The position numbers and the translations under genes were made by a program. A DNA stretch of 64,000 nt. Origin: Alphaproteobacteria bacterium (lineage in GTDB: Bacteria > Pseudomonadota > Alphaproteobacteria > SP197). The notes under the pieces were generated by a model. It was not told the origin of the DNA. It saw only the letters and a list, made by a program, of their open reading frames with translations, and did not search any database. Shown piece after piece: positions 37,261 through 45,880 of this stretch. Where the stretch lies: contig OZ245842.1 in assembly GCA_965228895.1 (NCBI GenBank), positions 3,604,814-3,668,813 on the forward strand. Direction: 5' to 3'. Numbering within the stretch: position 1 is the first letter of the stretch; the number at the start of each line of letters is the position of its first letter.

Positions 37261-37743
37261 TTACATCGGCGGCATGATCACCGTGTCGATGACATGGATG
37301 ACGCCGTTATCGGTTTCGATGTCGGCGGCGACCACCTGGGCGTCGTTGACGAAGACGTCACCGGACGTGCCGTTGACGTGCACCTTGCTGCCCTCGACGG
37401 TGTCGACCGACGCCTTCTGGCCGGCGACTTCGCTCGACATGACCTTACCGGGTACGACGTGATAGGTGAGAATGGCGACCAGCGTCTCGCGGTTCTCCGG
37501 CAGCAGCAGGTCATCGACCGTGCCGGCGGGAAGTTTCGCGAACGCCTCATCGGTCGGCGCGAAGACGGTGAACGGGCCGGGGCCCTGGAGCGTCTCAACC
37601 AAGCCGGCGGCCTGGACCGCGGCGACAAGCGTGTTGAAGTCGTCGGCCGCGACTGCCGTTTCGACGATATCGGCGGCACGCGCCGAAAGGGATCCAAGTG
37701 CGACCGTAGCGGCGACGGCGCCCGCAATTAAAAGGCGTTTCAT
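37261..37743 (-). CDS. Secreted fasciclin (FAS1) domain protein
   Basis: Signal peptide [23 protein letters not shown], then [12 protein letters not shown]....V..LL...N...L..IL.YHVVPG and [15 protein letters not shown] before the ATG at 37743. Confidence 0.85.
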   Translation of the reverse strand: MKRLLIAGAVAATVALGSLSARAADIVETAVAADDFNTLVAAVQAAGLVETLQGPGPFTVFAPTDEAFAKLPAGTVDDLLLPENRETLVAILTYHVVPGKVMSSEVAGQKASVDTVEGSKVHVNGTSGDVFVNDAQVVAADIETDNGVIHVIDTVIMPPM

Positions 37744-37914
37744 AAGCGTTTCTCCTCTGCGTTTCATGCCCAACGGGATGGTGACCACGCGGCGCCGCGA
37801 GTCATTGAAGGAACGTTCTGCCCGAAGTTACGCAGACCCCATCCCGATGGATCAGGAAGAGGAGAAAAAAGTTGCCGGGTAGTCAGGGGGCGATCCCAGC
37901 CAGCCCCAAAACTG

Positions 37915-39153
37915 TCAGGTCTCGCCTGGACGATCGATGATGACGGTCTCGCTGGTCAGGGTCTGGTGGACCGGGCAGCGCTCGGCGATTTCCAACAGGC
38001 GCTGCCGCTGATCGGCATCAAGGTCACCTTCCAGATCGATGGTGCGCTCGATGCGGTCGACGCGGCCTTCCTCGGTCTCGCACTCCGCGCAATCCTCAGC
38101 GTGGATCTTCTTGTGCGAAAGCGTGATAGCGGTTCGTTTCAGCGGCCACTTCTTGCGGTTGGCGTACATCCTGAGCGTCATCGAGGTGCAGGCGCCAAGT
38201 GCTGCGAGCAGCAGATCGTAGGGCCCGGGGCCGCCGTCCAGGCCGCCGACATCCATCGGCTCGTCGGCAACGAAACGGTGGCGGCCGGCCTCCACCGTCT
38301 GCCCGAACGGTCCCATACCGGATTCCGAGACGCGCACCGTGCCTGGCGGCAGCGCCGCCCCGTCCGCTGCCTCAGCCTCGGTATTCTCCGGCGCCGGCAG
38401 ATACCGTTCGGCCCAGGCCGCGAGCACACTGGCGACGTAGAGGCTATCGGCTTTGCCGGTCAGCAGGTGGTCGGCGTCATCCAGCGAGACGAAACTCTTG
38501 GGGTGTTTGGCCGCGTTATAGATATGCCCGGCGTTCTCCACACCGACGGTCTGATCGAGCGGTGAATGGAACACGATCAGCGCCTTTTTCAGTTTGGCGA
38601 CATCATCCAGCAGTTTCTGGTTCTCCAGATCCTCCAGGAACTGTCGGCGGATAGTGAAGGGTCTGCCACCCAAATTGACTGCCGCCTCGCCGTCTTCTTC
38701 GATCTCACAGATCGCATCGTCAAACAGATGCTCGACATGCGTGGGATCGGCCGGCGCGCCGATGGTGGCGACCGCGACCGCTTCGGGAATCCGGCTCGCC
38801 GCCGACAACACAGCCGCCCCGCCCAAACTGTGGCCGATCAGCAGCGCCGGCGGCTTTTCATGCTGCCTGAGCCAATCGGCCGCTGCCAGGATGTCATCGA
38901 CATTGGACGAAAAGTTCGTGTTGGCGAAATCGCCCTCGCTGCCGCCCAGCCCGGTAAAGTCAAAGCGCAGCACACCGAAACCCAGTTCGCTCAACGCGCG
39001 CGATACCCTGGCTGGCGCCAGGCTGTCCTTCGAACACGAAAAGCAATGGGCGAACAGTGCGACCGCGTGCAATTCGCCATCCGGCAGGTCCACGCGCGCC
39101 GCAAGTTTTCCGCCCATGGATCCGGGAAACTCAATCTTCTTTGATCGCGCCAA
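37915..39153 (-). CDS. Bifunctional alpha/beta hydrolase - OsmC/Ohr-family fusion protein
   Basis: The N-terminal half has LFAHCFSC and GHSLGG (hydrolase). The C-terminal half has GPGPYDLLLAALGACTSMTLRMYA...CPVHQTL (OsmC fold). Confidence 0.85.
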   Translation of the reverse strand: MARSKKIEFPGSMGGKLAARVDLPDGELHAVALFAHCFSCSKDSLAPARVSRALSELGFGVLRFDFTGLGGSEGDFANTNFSSNVDDILAAADWLRQHEKPPALLIGHSLGGAAVLSAASRIPEAVAVATIGAPADPTHVEHLFDDAICEIEEDGEAAVNLGGRPFTIRRQFLEDLENQKLLDDVAKLKKALIVFHSPLDQTVGVENAGHIYNAAKHPKSFVSLDDADHLLTGKADSLYVASVLAAWAERYLPAPENTEAEAADGAALPPGTVRVSESGMGPFGQTVEAGRHRFVADEPMDVGGLDGGPGPYDLLLAALGACTSMTLRMYANRKKWPLKRTAITLSHKKIHAEDCAECETEEGRVDRIERTIDLEGDLDADQRQRLLEIAERCPVHQTLTSETVIIDRPGET

Positions 39154-39180
39154 CCTTACCTCCCCTATCGCGTCGCCCGC

Positions 39181-40143
39181 CTAGCTGCCGTGCAGTTCAT
39201 CGGCCACAAAAGCCGCAATCACGTCGTCGATCGTCGCATCACCCTCGAACCCCAAACGGCCGGCCCGGCGCGCGACGATAGCGCGCGGCCAGCCATCGAC
39301 GATGCTTTGGATCGCCGGGTCGTGCTGGAACGAAATTCGATTGGCCGCCTCATCGCCGCCGGCGCGGCGCACCGCCTCGACTATCTCTGCCATGGTGACG
39401 GTGATGCCGGGCAGCAGGACGGAACGGTCGTGACCCAGTTTTTCGTCGGCGAGGCCGGCGACCCAGACAAAGGCGTCGATGGCGCGGCGCGGCGACAGGA
39501 TCACCATGCTGCTTTCCGGCGTCACCGGACAGGCGAAATCGACGCCGCTTAGGGGCTCGCGCGCGATGCCGCTGGCAAAACCCGAGGCCGCACGGTTCGG
39601 TTTGCCGGGACGCACGACGATCGTCGGCAGGCGCACCGTCCGGCCGTCGATCAGGCCGCGCCGGGTGAAGTCCATGACCATCAGTTCGCCCGCCACCTTC
39701 TGCACGCCATAGGACGTCGCCGGCGTCAGTGGTGTCGTGTCGTCGATGGTCGCCGGCAGGTCGCCGCCATAGGCCGCGATGGAGCTGGAGAAAACCAGCA
39801 GCGGATTGCGCCGGCCACTGCGGCATGCCTGCAAGACGTTGCGCGTGCCGTCCAGATTGACGCTTAAACCCAGATCCAGGTCCTGCTCCGCCTCACCGCT
39901 AACAACGGCGCCCAGATGGAACACAGCGTCGGCGTCGGCGACCACGCCGGTCACCTGATCGGGGTCGGTCAGGTCACCAACCACGGTTAGAACACGCGCG
40001 TTGTCAAAAAACGTATTGCCGGCCATGCGGTCAAACAAAACGAGCTGGTCGATCGTCTGCCCGTTCAGGCGTCCGTCAGCAAGCAGCCGTTCGGCAAGTT
40101 TGCGGCCGAGGAACCCAACGCCCCCGGTGATGACGACTTTCAA
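39181..40143 (-). CDS. NAD-dependent epimerase/dehydratase-family (extended SDR) protein, D-erythronate-dehydrogenase-like
   Basis: (L)KVVITGGVGFLGRKLAERLLADG Rossmann motif and YGVQK (YxxxK). The TTG start at 40143 overlaps the upstream TGA (TTGA). The track M at 40230 is inside the upstream gene. Confidence 0.75.
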   Translation of the reverse strand: MKVVITGGVGFLGRKLAERLLADGRLNGQTIDQLVLFDRMAGNTFFDNARVLTVVGDLTDPDQVTGVVADADAVFHLGAVVSGEAEQDLDLGLSVNLDGTRNVLQACRSGRRNPLLVFSSSIAAYGGDLPATIDDTTPLTPATSYGVQKVAGELMVMDFTRRGLIDGRTVRLPTIVVRPGKPNRAASGFASGIAREPLSGVDFACPVTPESSMVILSPRRAIDAFVWVAGLADEKLGHDRSVLLPGITVTMAEIVEAVRRAGGDEAANRISFQHDPAIQSIVDGWPRAIVARRAGRLGFEGDATIDDVIAAFVADELHGS

Positions 40144-41060
40144 GGTGCAAGCTCGCTTCGCGCCGCGGCTAGCGCGCGCACGTGGTCGGGACCCAGGCCG
40201 CAGCAGCCGCCAATCAGGCGCGCGCCCCATTCGACCCAGTTCTTGGCCTCATGCACCAGGTCGGCGGGCTCGATGATGTCGACGAACTGCCAGTTGGGCA
40301 TCGTGAAGTAGCCGGATTCCGGATAGACCCCAAGCGGGCCGGACCAGCGCGCCTTGACCATGGCGAGCGCGTCCTCGGTGACGCGGATATCGCTGTGCAT
40401 GATGTTGACGACGTCGGGATCCATCGGCAGCAACGCGTCCAGAACGTCAGCGAAGCGAATGTCGGGGTAGTCGAAAGCGACGAGCTCGTCGTTGCCCTCC
40501 GCGCGGCCGCACGACATACCAAGCCAGACCGGCAAGCGGCTACGTTTCGCGGCCGCCATTGCCAGCGGCGCACGATCCAGATCCTCCATCATCTCCAGCG
40601 CGATCGCGTCGACGCCCTCTTCCTCGAACACGCGCACCATCAGGTCGAAGCCTTTGGCTGCCTCGTCGGTGGTCGGCGGCGCGACCGGACTGTCGATATC
40701 GCCACCGGCGCCCATGGTCGAGATCGAGCCGATGACCGCGACGTCGGGCCGACCGGCGGCAAGACGCGCCTGATGGGCCAGCCGCACAGCCTGACGCAGG
40801 CCGTCTTCGGCCTGATCGGCGTAGCGTGTCTTGGCCAGCATGAAGGGCGACATGCCGAAGGTGTTGGTGATGATCGCCTCGGCGCCAGCGTCGATGTAAT
40901 CACGGTGGGCGGCGATAACGGCGTCTGGATAGTCAATGACGGCCGCGCCACTCCAGGCCAGTGCATCCATCGGCACGCCACGGTGCTCCAACTCGGTACC
41001 CATAGCGCCATCGATGATGACGAGCTCACCACCACGCAGTCTTTCTTCGATCGTCGCCAA
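40140..41060 (-). CDS. Homocysteine S-methyltransferase-family protein (MmuM/BHMT-like)
   Basis: VIIDGAMGTELE.RG, IITNTF and C-terminal GGCCGLGPDHVRAL (zinc-binding Cys pair). TTG start at 41060 with a GGAGAC SD. Confidence 0.85.
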   Translation of the reverse strand: MATIEERLRGGELVIIDGAMGTELEHRGVPMDALAWSGAAVIDYPDAVIAAHRDYIDAGAEAIITNTFGMSPFMLAKTRYADQAEDGLRQAVRLAHQARLAAGRPDVAVIGSISTMGAGGDIDSPVAPPTTDEAAKGFDLMVRVFEEEGVDAIALEMMEDLDRAPLAMAAAKRSRLPVWLGMSCGRAEGNDELVAFDYPDIRFADVLDALLPMDPDVVNIMHSDIRVTEDALAMVKARWSGPLGVYPESGYFTMPNWQFVDIIEPADLVHEAKNWVEWGARLIGGCCGLGPDHVRALAAARSELAP

Positions 41061-41125
41061 CGCCCGTCTCCCCTGAGCCAGTTAGGAGACTGTTATAGCA
41101 AGCCGCATCACCGCGGGCGATGGCC
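41061..41125 (-). promoter_or_regulatory. Structured 5' leader with SD-sequestering hairpin (possible SAM-class riboswitch-like element)
   Basis: The RNA reads ...GCGGUGAUGCGGCUUGCUAUAACAGUCUCC-UAACUGGCUCAGG-GGAGACGGGCG-UUG. The 6-bp stem GUCUCC/GGAGAC (41066-41090) occludes the SD. The GGUGAU...CGGCUUGC string recurs in the metZ leader. Confidence 0.3.
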
Positions 41126-41206
41126 CACGGTGCGGACGATGGCTGAGATCTACTGTTTGGTAACGCGCTCGGCGATCAGGCTTTCTTGGACGCTCTTTCG
41201 TTGACG

Positions 41207-41398
41207 CTACGAGACGGCGGCTTGGCCACAATCACTGTCCGGGCAAGCATTGGCCGCGCCACGGCGCTTCCGCTTTGGCGAATCGGCCGAATCGCAGGTC
41301 GAACCATCACGCGAAGATGCCTTTGGCGCCGCGCTGTGCACGGTTGCAAAGCCGGAGGAACTGGCAACGGCGACGGTGCCAGGTTTCTTCTTTTCCAT
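41207..41398 (-). CDS. Small hypothetical protein (63 aa), Ser/Ala/Cys-containing
   Basis: AAGGGAGA SD lies 5 nt before the ATG. Sequence: MEKKKPGTVAVASSSGFATVHSAAPKASSRDGSTCDSADSPKRKRRGAANACPDSDCGQAAVS. No homolog recognised. Confidence 0.3.
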   Translation of the reverse strand: MEKKKPGTVAVASSSGFATVHSAAPKASSRDGSTCDSADSPKRKRRGAANACPDSDCGQAAVS

Positions 41399-41562
41399 GA
41401 GCATCTCCCTTGTGTTTGAGCCACTGGGCGGGCTTATAGCCACCAGCCGTGACACCGTCGTGACATGCGCGGGCCACAACCCATACATGACAAACCGGTG
41501 TCTTGACCGGGATAGGATGAACAACTTATGGAGGAACTGCGCCTCTGGAGGGTCAGCATAGC

Positions 41563-42783
41563 ATGACCAGCAGCCATGACGAACGGTTACGTGACGGCCT
41601 CGACCAACTAAAGGCCGAAGGACGCTATCGCATCTTTGCCGATTTGGAGCGTATTGCCGGGCGTTTCCCGCGTGCCCACCACCGTGATGAAACAGGTGAG
41701 GTTCGTGAGGTAACCGTCTGGTGCTCCAACGATTATTTGGGTATGGGCCAGCACGAAAAAGTTGTATCGGCAATGCACGACACGCTGGACAACTGCGGTG
41801 CCGGCGCCGGCGGCACCCGTAACATTTCCGGCACCACGCACAATCACGTTTTGTTGGAAAAGGAGCTCGCCGGTCTGCACGGCAAGGAATCGGCCCTGCT
41901 GTTCACCTCCGGCTATGTCGCCAATCAGACGACCCTGGCCACACTGGGCCGCCACCTGAAGGGCTGCGTCATCCTGTCGGACGCCGACAACCACGCCTCG
42001 ATGATCGACGGCATCCGGGCTAGCGGCGCCGAGAAGCACATCTTCCGCCACAGCGATGCCAAGGACCTCGACCGGTTGCTCGGCGAAGTTCCCGCCGAAC
42101 GGCCCAAGCTCGTCGCCTTCGAAAGCGTCTATTCCATGGATGGCGACATCGCGCCGATCGCTGACCTGTGCGACGTCGCGGAGCGCCACGGCGCGATGAC
42201 CTATCTGGACGAGGTGCACGCGGTCGGCCTCTACGGTCCCCACGGCGCCGGCGTTGCCGAGCGTGACGGCGTCGCCGACCGGCTCGACATCATCCAGGGC
42301 ACGCTGGGCAAGGCCTTTGGATGCATGGGCGGCTACATCGCCGGCTCCTCCACCCTGTGCGACTTCGTCAGAAGCCACGGTTCCGGATTCATCTTCACCA
42401 CATCCCTGCCGCCGATGCTTCTGGCCGGCGCGCTGGCCAGTGTGCGTCACCTGAAGACGAGCAATACCGAACGCGAACGCCACCAGGAGCGCGCGCGGCG
42501 GCTGAAGGATCTGCTTGCCGCCGCCGGTCTTCCGGTGGTCATGACGCCCAGCCACATCGTGCCGGTCATGGTTGGCGATGCCACCGCCTGCAAGCAGGCG
42601 AGCGACCTCCTGCTCAGTGAGCATGCGATCTATGTCCAGCCGATCAACTACCCGACGGTGCCGCGCGGCACCGAACGGCTGCGCATCACGCCGACGCCGC
42701 TGCACGGCGACACGGAGATGGACCAACTGGTCAACGCTCTCACGGACGTCTGGTCACGGCTGGGTCTGAAACACGCGGCCTAG
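41563..42783 (+). CDS. hemA: 5-aminolevulinate synthase
   Basis: [57 protein letters not shown] and TLGKAFG (PLP lysine). Confidence 0.95.
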   Translation: MTSSHDERLRDGLDQLKAEGRYRIFADLERIAGRFPRAHHRDETGEVREVTVWCSNDYLGMGQHEKVVSAMHDTLDNCGAGAGGTRNISGTTHNHVLLEKELAGLHGKESALLFTSGYVANQTTLATLGRHLKGCVILSDADNHASMIDGIRASGAEKHIFRHSDAKDLDRLLGEVPAERPKLVAFESVYSMDGDIAPIADLCDVAERHGAMTYLDEVHAVGLYGPHGAGVAERDGVADRLDIIQGTLGKAFGCMGGYIAGSSTLCDFVRSHGSGFIFTTSLPPMLLAGALASVRHLKTSNTERERHQERARRLKDLLAAAGLPVVMTPSHIVPVMVGDATACKQASDLLLSEHAIYVQPINYPTVPRGTERLRITPTPLHGDTEMDQLVNALTDVWSRLGLKHAA

Positions 42784-42908
42784 GTCGTTTCCGGTTTAGT
42801 TGGCATCGCCGGCCCACTCCCCCTCCCGACCACCCCGAGGATGCTGCCATGGGTGGCCGGGAGGGGAGCGGGCCGGCGCCGAACCAGCGTCAGCGAGAAA
42901 GATTCTAG
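42779..42908. repeat. REP/MITE-like palindromic repeat, family 2, copy a (CTAG-bounded)
   Basis: About 26-bp GC-rich arms CCGGCCCACTCCCCCTCCCGACCACC / GGGTGGCCGGGAGGGGAGCGGGCCGG around the loop CCGAGGATGCTGCCAT. The flanks match copies b and c. The hemA TAG stop lies in the left CCTAGG. Confidence 0.7.
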
Positions 42909-42924
42909 ACCGGGCCTTGGCGCG

Positions 42925-43335
42925 CTACCGCTCATCGTCTCTGGATGCCGCCAGGTAGTCCTGTAGCGGCCGGTCAACCTCGATAATATGGTTGAGGGAG
43001 GCCTCCAGGTACTCCGCGAGTTCGCTGCTCAACTGCTGCAGGTTTTCCAGGTTGATCAGCCGGTAGATGCTATGCAGCACGTCGATCAAGCCCTCGTGGC
43101 TCGCCTGATGTTCGGCGGCATCGGGATAACGGCATCGTTCCATCACCGCGACCTCGTTGTCGAAATGCGTTTGCTGATGGATCTGTAGCTGCATCAAGAG
43201 CTTGGTGGCGCGGTCGACATCCTTGCCATCGATCGCGTCCCTGATGTCGTGGACGGTTTGCACGAGCTGGTCGTGCTCCGACTTCATTTGTTCGAGAGCG
43301 CCGTCCAGCGGGTCGTCTGTCATCCCATCACTCAC
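42925..43335 (-). CDS. Hemerythrin-like metal-binding domain protein
   Basis: His/Asp/Glu spacing typical of bacteriohemerythrin: H..L......I.......D...L......H...HF..E...M....YPD...H...H. Confidence 0.8.
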   Translation of the reverse strand: MSDGMTDDPLDGALEQMKSEHDQLVQTVHDIRDAIDGKDVDRATKLLMQLQIHQQTHFDNEVAVMERCRYPDAAEHQASHEGLIDVLHSIYRLINLENLQQLSSELAEYLEASLNHIIEVDRPLQDYLAASRDDER

Positions 43336-43500
43336 ATCAACCTTTTTGGGCGTTCGGCTTCCGTCCTTCTACCCGGTTGTGACCCTGACGGGCCTTCACG
43401 CAACCGACATTGACACAGGTCAAGGGCAGCCGGTCCGACACCGTGTTTGATGCCAGTGTCACCTCAGGCATGCGGGTGTGCCAGGGCATACATCGGCGAC

Positions 43501-45363
43501 ATGACAGACGCGTTAGCGGTCAAGACCTCAGCAACGAACACCAAGGGCCGCCGGCTGGCTGGCCCGATGGCTGCTTTCGTTTTCCTGGGGGTGCTCACCG
43601 CCACCTTGATCCCACTCGTCATCGTCTACGCCCTGCTTGTCGACGTTGCGCTATCCAACACCAACGAGCTGGTTCGCGATAAAGCCGCCATCATTGTCAG
43701 CGCGGTCGAAGACCACGTTACCGGCTATCTGGACCCGATACCCGAACAGATCGAGGAAGTCGCGGAGCTGCTCGGTGCCCGGGACCTGACGATCGACGAC
43801 ACCGAGGCATTCGATGATCTGTTCCAGGCCGCCATGGCAGCGACACCCCAGGTCGCCACGCTCTCTTATGCCACAGCCGACGGTCAAGTTCTGCGGGTCT
43901 ATCGCGACCGTGAAACCGACCGGGTGCTGCATGACGACTGGTCCGACGATCCGGCGTTCATGGCAACGCTCGAGACGTTTGCCAACGCGGCCAACCCCGC
44001 CTGGGATGGCATCTTCATCGCCGAAGCGGTGAACCGGCCTTTCATCAACTACATCTTTCCCGTCTATCGCGACACGTTTCAGGGCATTTTGATCGCCAGC
44101 GTTTCGTTGGAGGAACTGTCGCGCTATATGCTGACGTTCGAGAAAGGGTTTCTGGGAACGCCGTTCCTGTTGCGCGGCGCCGACAGTGTGCTGGCTCATC
44201 CACGCCTGCCCGATCTCTACGGTCAACTGACGGACGCTGCGCCGCTGCCCCGCCTGAACGAGATCGACGACCCCCTCCTGGCAGGCATGTGGAACGGTCA
44301 ACTGGACGGCGACCACGTGAACCGTTTTACCGGCAGCGTCAGCGCGCGTGTCGTCGAATGGAACGGCGAGACTGAAGTCTTTCTCTATCGCCCACTGCAC
44401 GGCTATGATACCGCGACCTGGTATGTCGCGACGCACCTGCCGCTTTCGACGATCGCGCCGCAGCTCGACCGGCTGGATATTCTGTCGACCGCGGCGCTTG
44501 CCGCCGTTATCTGTGCGTTCGCGATATCGCTCTTTCTTAGCCACACGCTGACACGTCCGATCCGCCGGCTCGCGGCCGCCATGCGCCAGATTGCCGAACT
44601 GCAATTCGACGCACCGCGGGAGCCAACCCGCAGCACCTTCGTCGAGGTCGAGGACGCCATGGCCGCGTGCGATCACGCGCGCCGCAGCCTCAAGACGTTC
44701 GGGCGTTACGTCCCCAGAAAACTGGTCCGCAAGCTGCTCGATGCCGACCATGCCGGCCGCATGCCGGGCACACAGACCGACATCACGGTCCTGTTTACCG
44801 ACATCATGGGTTTCACCGCGATGTCGGAGAAGATGTCGGCGGTGCAGTTGGAGGAGTTCCTGAACGAACACTTCGCCCTGTTGGACGCATGTATCGAAGC
44901 CTCTGACGGCACGACCGACAAATACATCGGCGATTCCTTGATGGCGTTTTGGGGCGCACCGGAGCGGCAGGACGATCAGGCCCTGCGAGCCTGTCAAGCG
45001 GCGGCGGCGATCGCGCGCGCGATCCGCGACAACAACGACAAGAGAGAGCGCAACGGTCTTGACCGCGTTCAACTGCGCATTGGCATCCATTCCGGTCCCG
45101 TTGTGGTCGGCGATATCGGGCCGACGGGCCGCGTCAACTATACCGTCGTCGGCGACAGCGTGAACATCGCCGAACGGCTCGAAGAACTCGCCCGTAATGT
45201 GCCACACCGCAATGGCGATGTCGGCGCGGTAATCAGCCAGCAGACCGCGATGGCGGCCGGCGGCGATCTGCCGACGCGTTCGCTGGGGCGACATGTGCTG
45301 CATGGGCGGCGCGGTCGCATCGAAGCCCTTGTTCTCGATCTCGACCACGTACCGGCCCCCTAG
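43501..45363 (+). CDS. Membrane sensor class III adenylate/guanylate cyclase (TM - Cache-like periplasmic domain - TM - HAMP - cyclase)
   Basis: N-terminal TM (FVFLGVLTATLIPLVIVYALL), a ~270-aa extracytoplasmic region, a second TM, then HAMP (TLTRPIRRLAAAMRQIAELQFD). Cyclase motifs: ITVLFTDIMGFTAMSE, KYIGDSLMAFWGAP, RIGIHSGPVVVGDIG and YTVVGDSVNIAERLE. Confidence 0.9.
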   Translation: MTDALAVKTSATNTKGRRLAGPMAAFVFLGVLTATLIPLVIVYALLVDVALSNTNELVRDKAAIIVSAVEDHVTGYLDPIPEQIEEVAELLGARDLTIDDTEAFDDLFQAAMAATPQVATLSYATADGQVLRVYRDRETDRVLHDDWSDDPAFMATLETFANAANPAWDGIFIAEAVNRPFINYIFPVYRDTFQGILIASVSLEELSRYMLTFEKGFLGTPFLLRGADSVLAHPRLPDLYGQLTDAAPLPRLNEIDDPLLAGMWNGQLDGDHVNRFTGSVSARVVEWNGETEVFLYRPLHGYDTATWYVATHLPLSTIAPQLDRLDILSTAALAAVICAFAISLFLSHTLTRPIRRLAAAMRQIAELQFDAPREPTRSTFVEVEDAMAACDHARRSLKTFGRYVPRKLVRKLLDADHAGRMPGTQTDITVLFTDIMGFTAMSEKMSAVQLEEFLNEHFALLDACIEASDGTTDKYIGDSLMAFWGAPERQDDQALRACQAAAAIARAIRDNNDKRERNGLDRVQLRIGIHSGPVVVGDIGPTGRVNYTVVGDSVNIAERLEELARNVPHRNGDVGAVISQQTAMAAGGDLPTRSLGRHVLHGRRGRIEALVLDLDHVPAP

Positions 45364-45376
45364 AAAGGAAACGCCG

Positions 45377-45499
45377 ATGGATCTTCACAAGCGCATCCTG
45401 GAATGGCAGGCCGCACACCCCATCACCACCTGGATCTTCTGGCTCATCGTCTGGGCCATCGTCCTGGTGCTGCTCCTGTGGCCCGAAACCGTGGCCTAA
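45377..45499 (+). CDS. Small membrane protein (40 aa)
   Basis: AAAGGAA lies 7 nt before the ATG, 14 nt after the cyclase stop. Single TM: TTWIFWLIVWAIVLVLLLW. Confidence 0.4.
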   Translation: MDLHKRILEWQAAHPITTWIFWLIVWAIVLVLLLWPETVA

Positions 45500-45559
45500 G
45501 CGGGCATGGCGCCCTGCAGTTGATCATGGGAGAATGCCGCGCAGGGATAAACGGGGCCA

Positions 45560-45865
45560 ATGGCTTTATCGCTTTCCTATATTGTGGAGACCCTCGCGAC
45601 CAGCGCTGCGGAATCGCTGATCGATCCCGTCTATTTTGTCGTCTACCTCGCCGCCGGCATCCTGATCCGCAAGTTCTGGTGGGCGGTGGCTGCGGGATTG
45701 GCCTGGCCCGTCCTGATTGACGCCGGCGCCTGGATCATCTACCCCGGCGACAGCCTGCCATGGGGCCAGGTCGGCCCGATCATCGGCGGCCCCATCGCGA
45801 CGGCGGTGATCTGGTGGATCAGGAACCTGTTCCGGCAGAAGACCGACGGCGATGCGAACGGCTAG
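45560..45865 (+). CDS. Small membrane protein (101 aa, about 3 TM)
   Basis: Hydrophobic, Trp-rich ORF (VYFVVYLAAGILIRKFWWAVAAGLAWPVLIDAGAWII). Weak SD. Confidence 0.45.
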   Translation: MALSLSYIVETLATSAAESLIDPVYFVVYLAAGILIRKFWWAVAAGLAWPVLIDAGAWIIYPGDSLPWGQVGPIIGGPIATAVIWWIRNLFRQKTDGDANG

Positions 45866-45880
45866 GCAGTTGTTGCCGGC

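Noticed and set aside
41400-41562. Specific promoter or FNR-type sites upstream of hemA (TTGACC-N17-TTATGG; direct repeat GTGACA-N5-GTGACA).
   Set aside because: The matches are weak, and I could not find a TTGAT-N4-ATCAA box. This is not enough evidence to annotate without transcription-start data.
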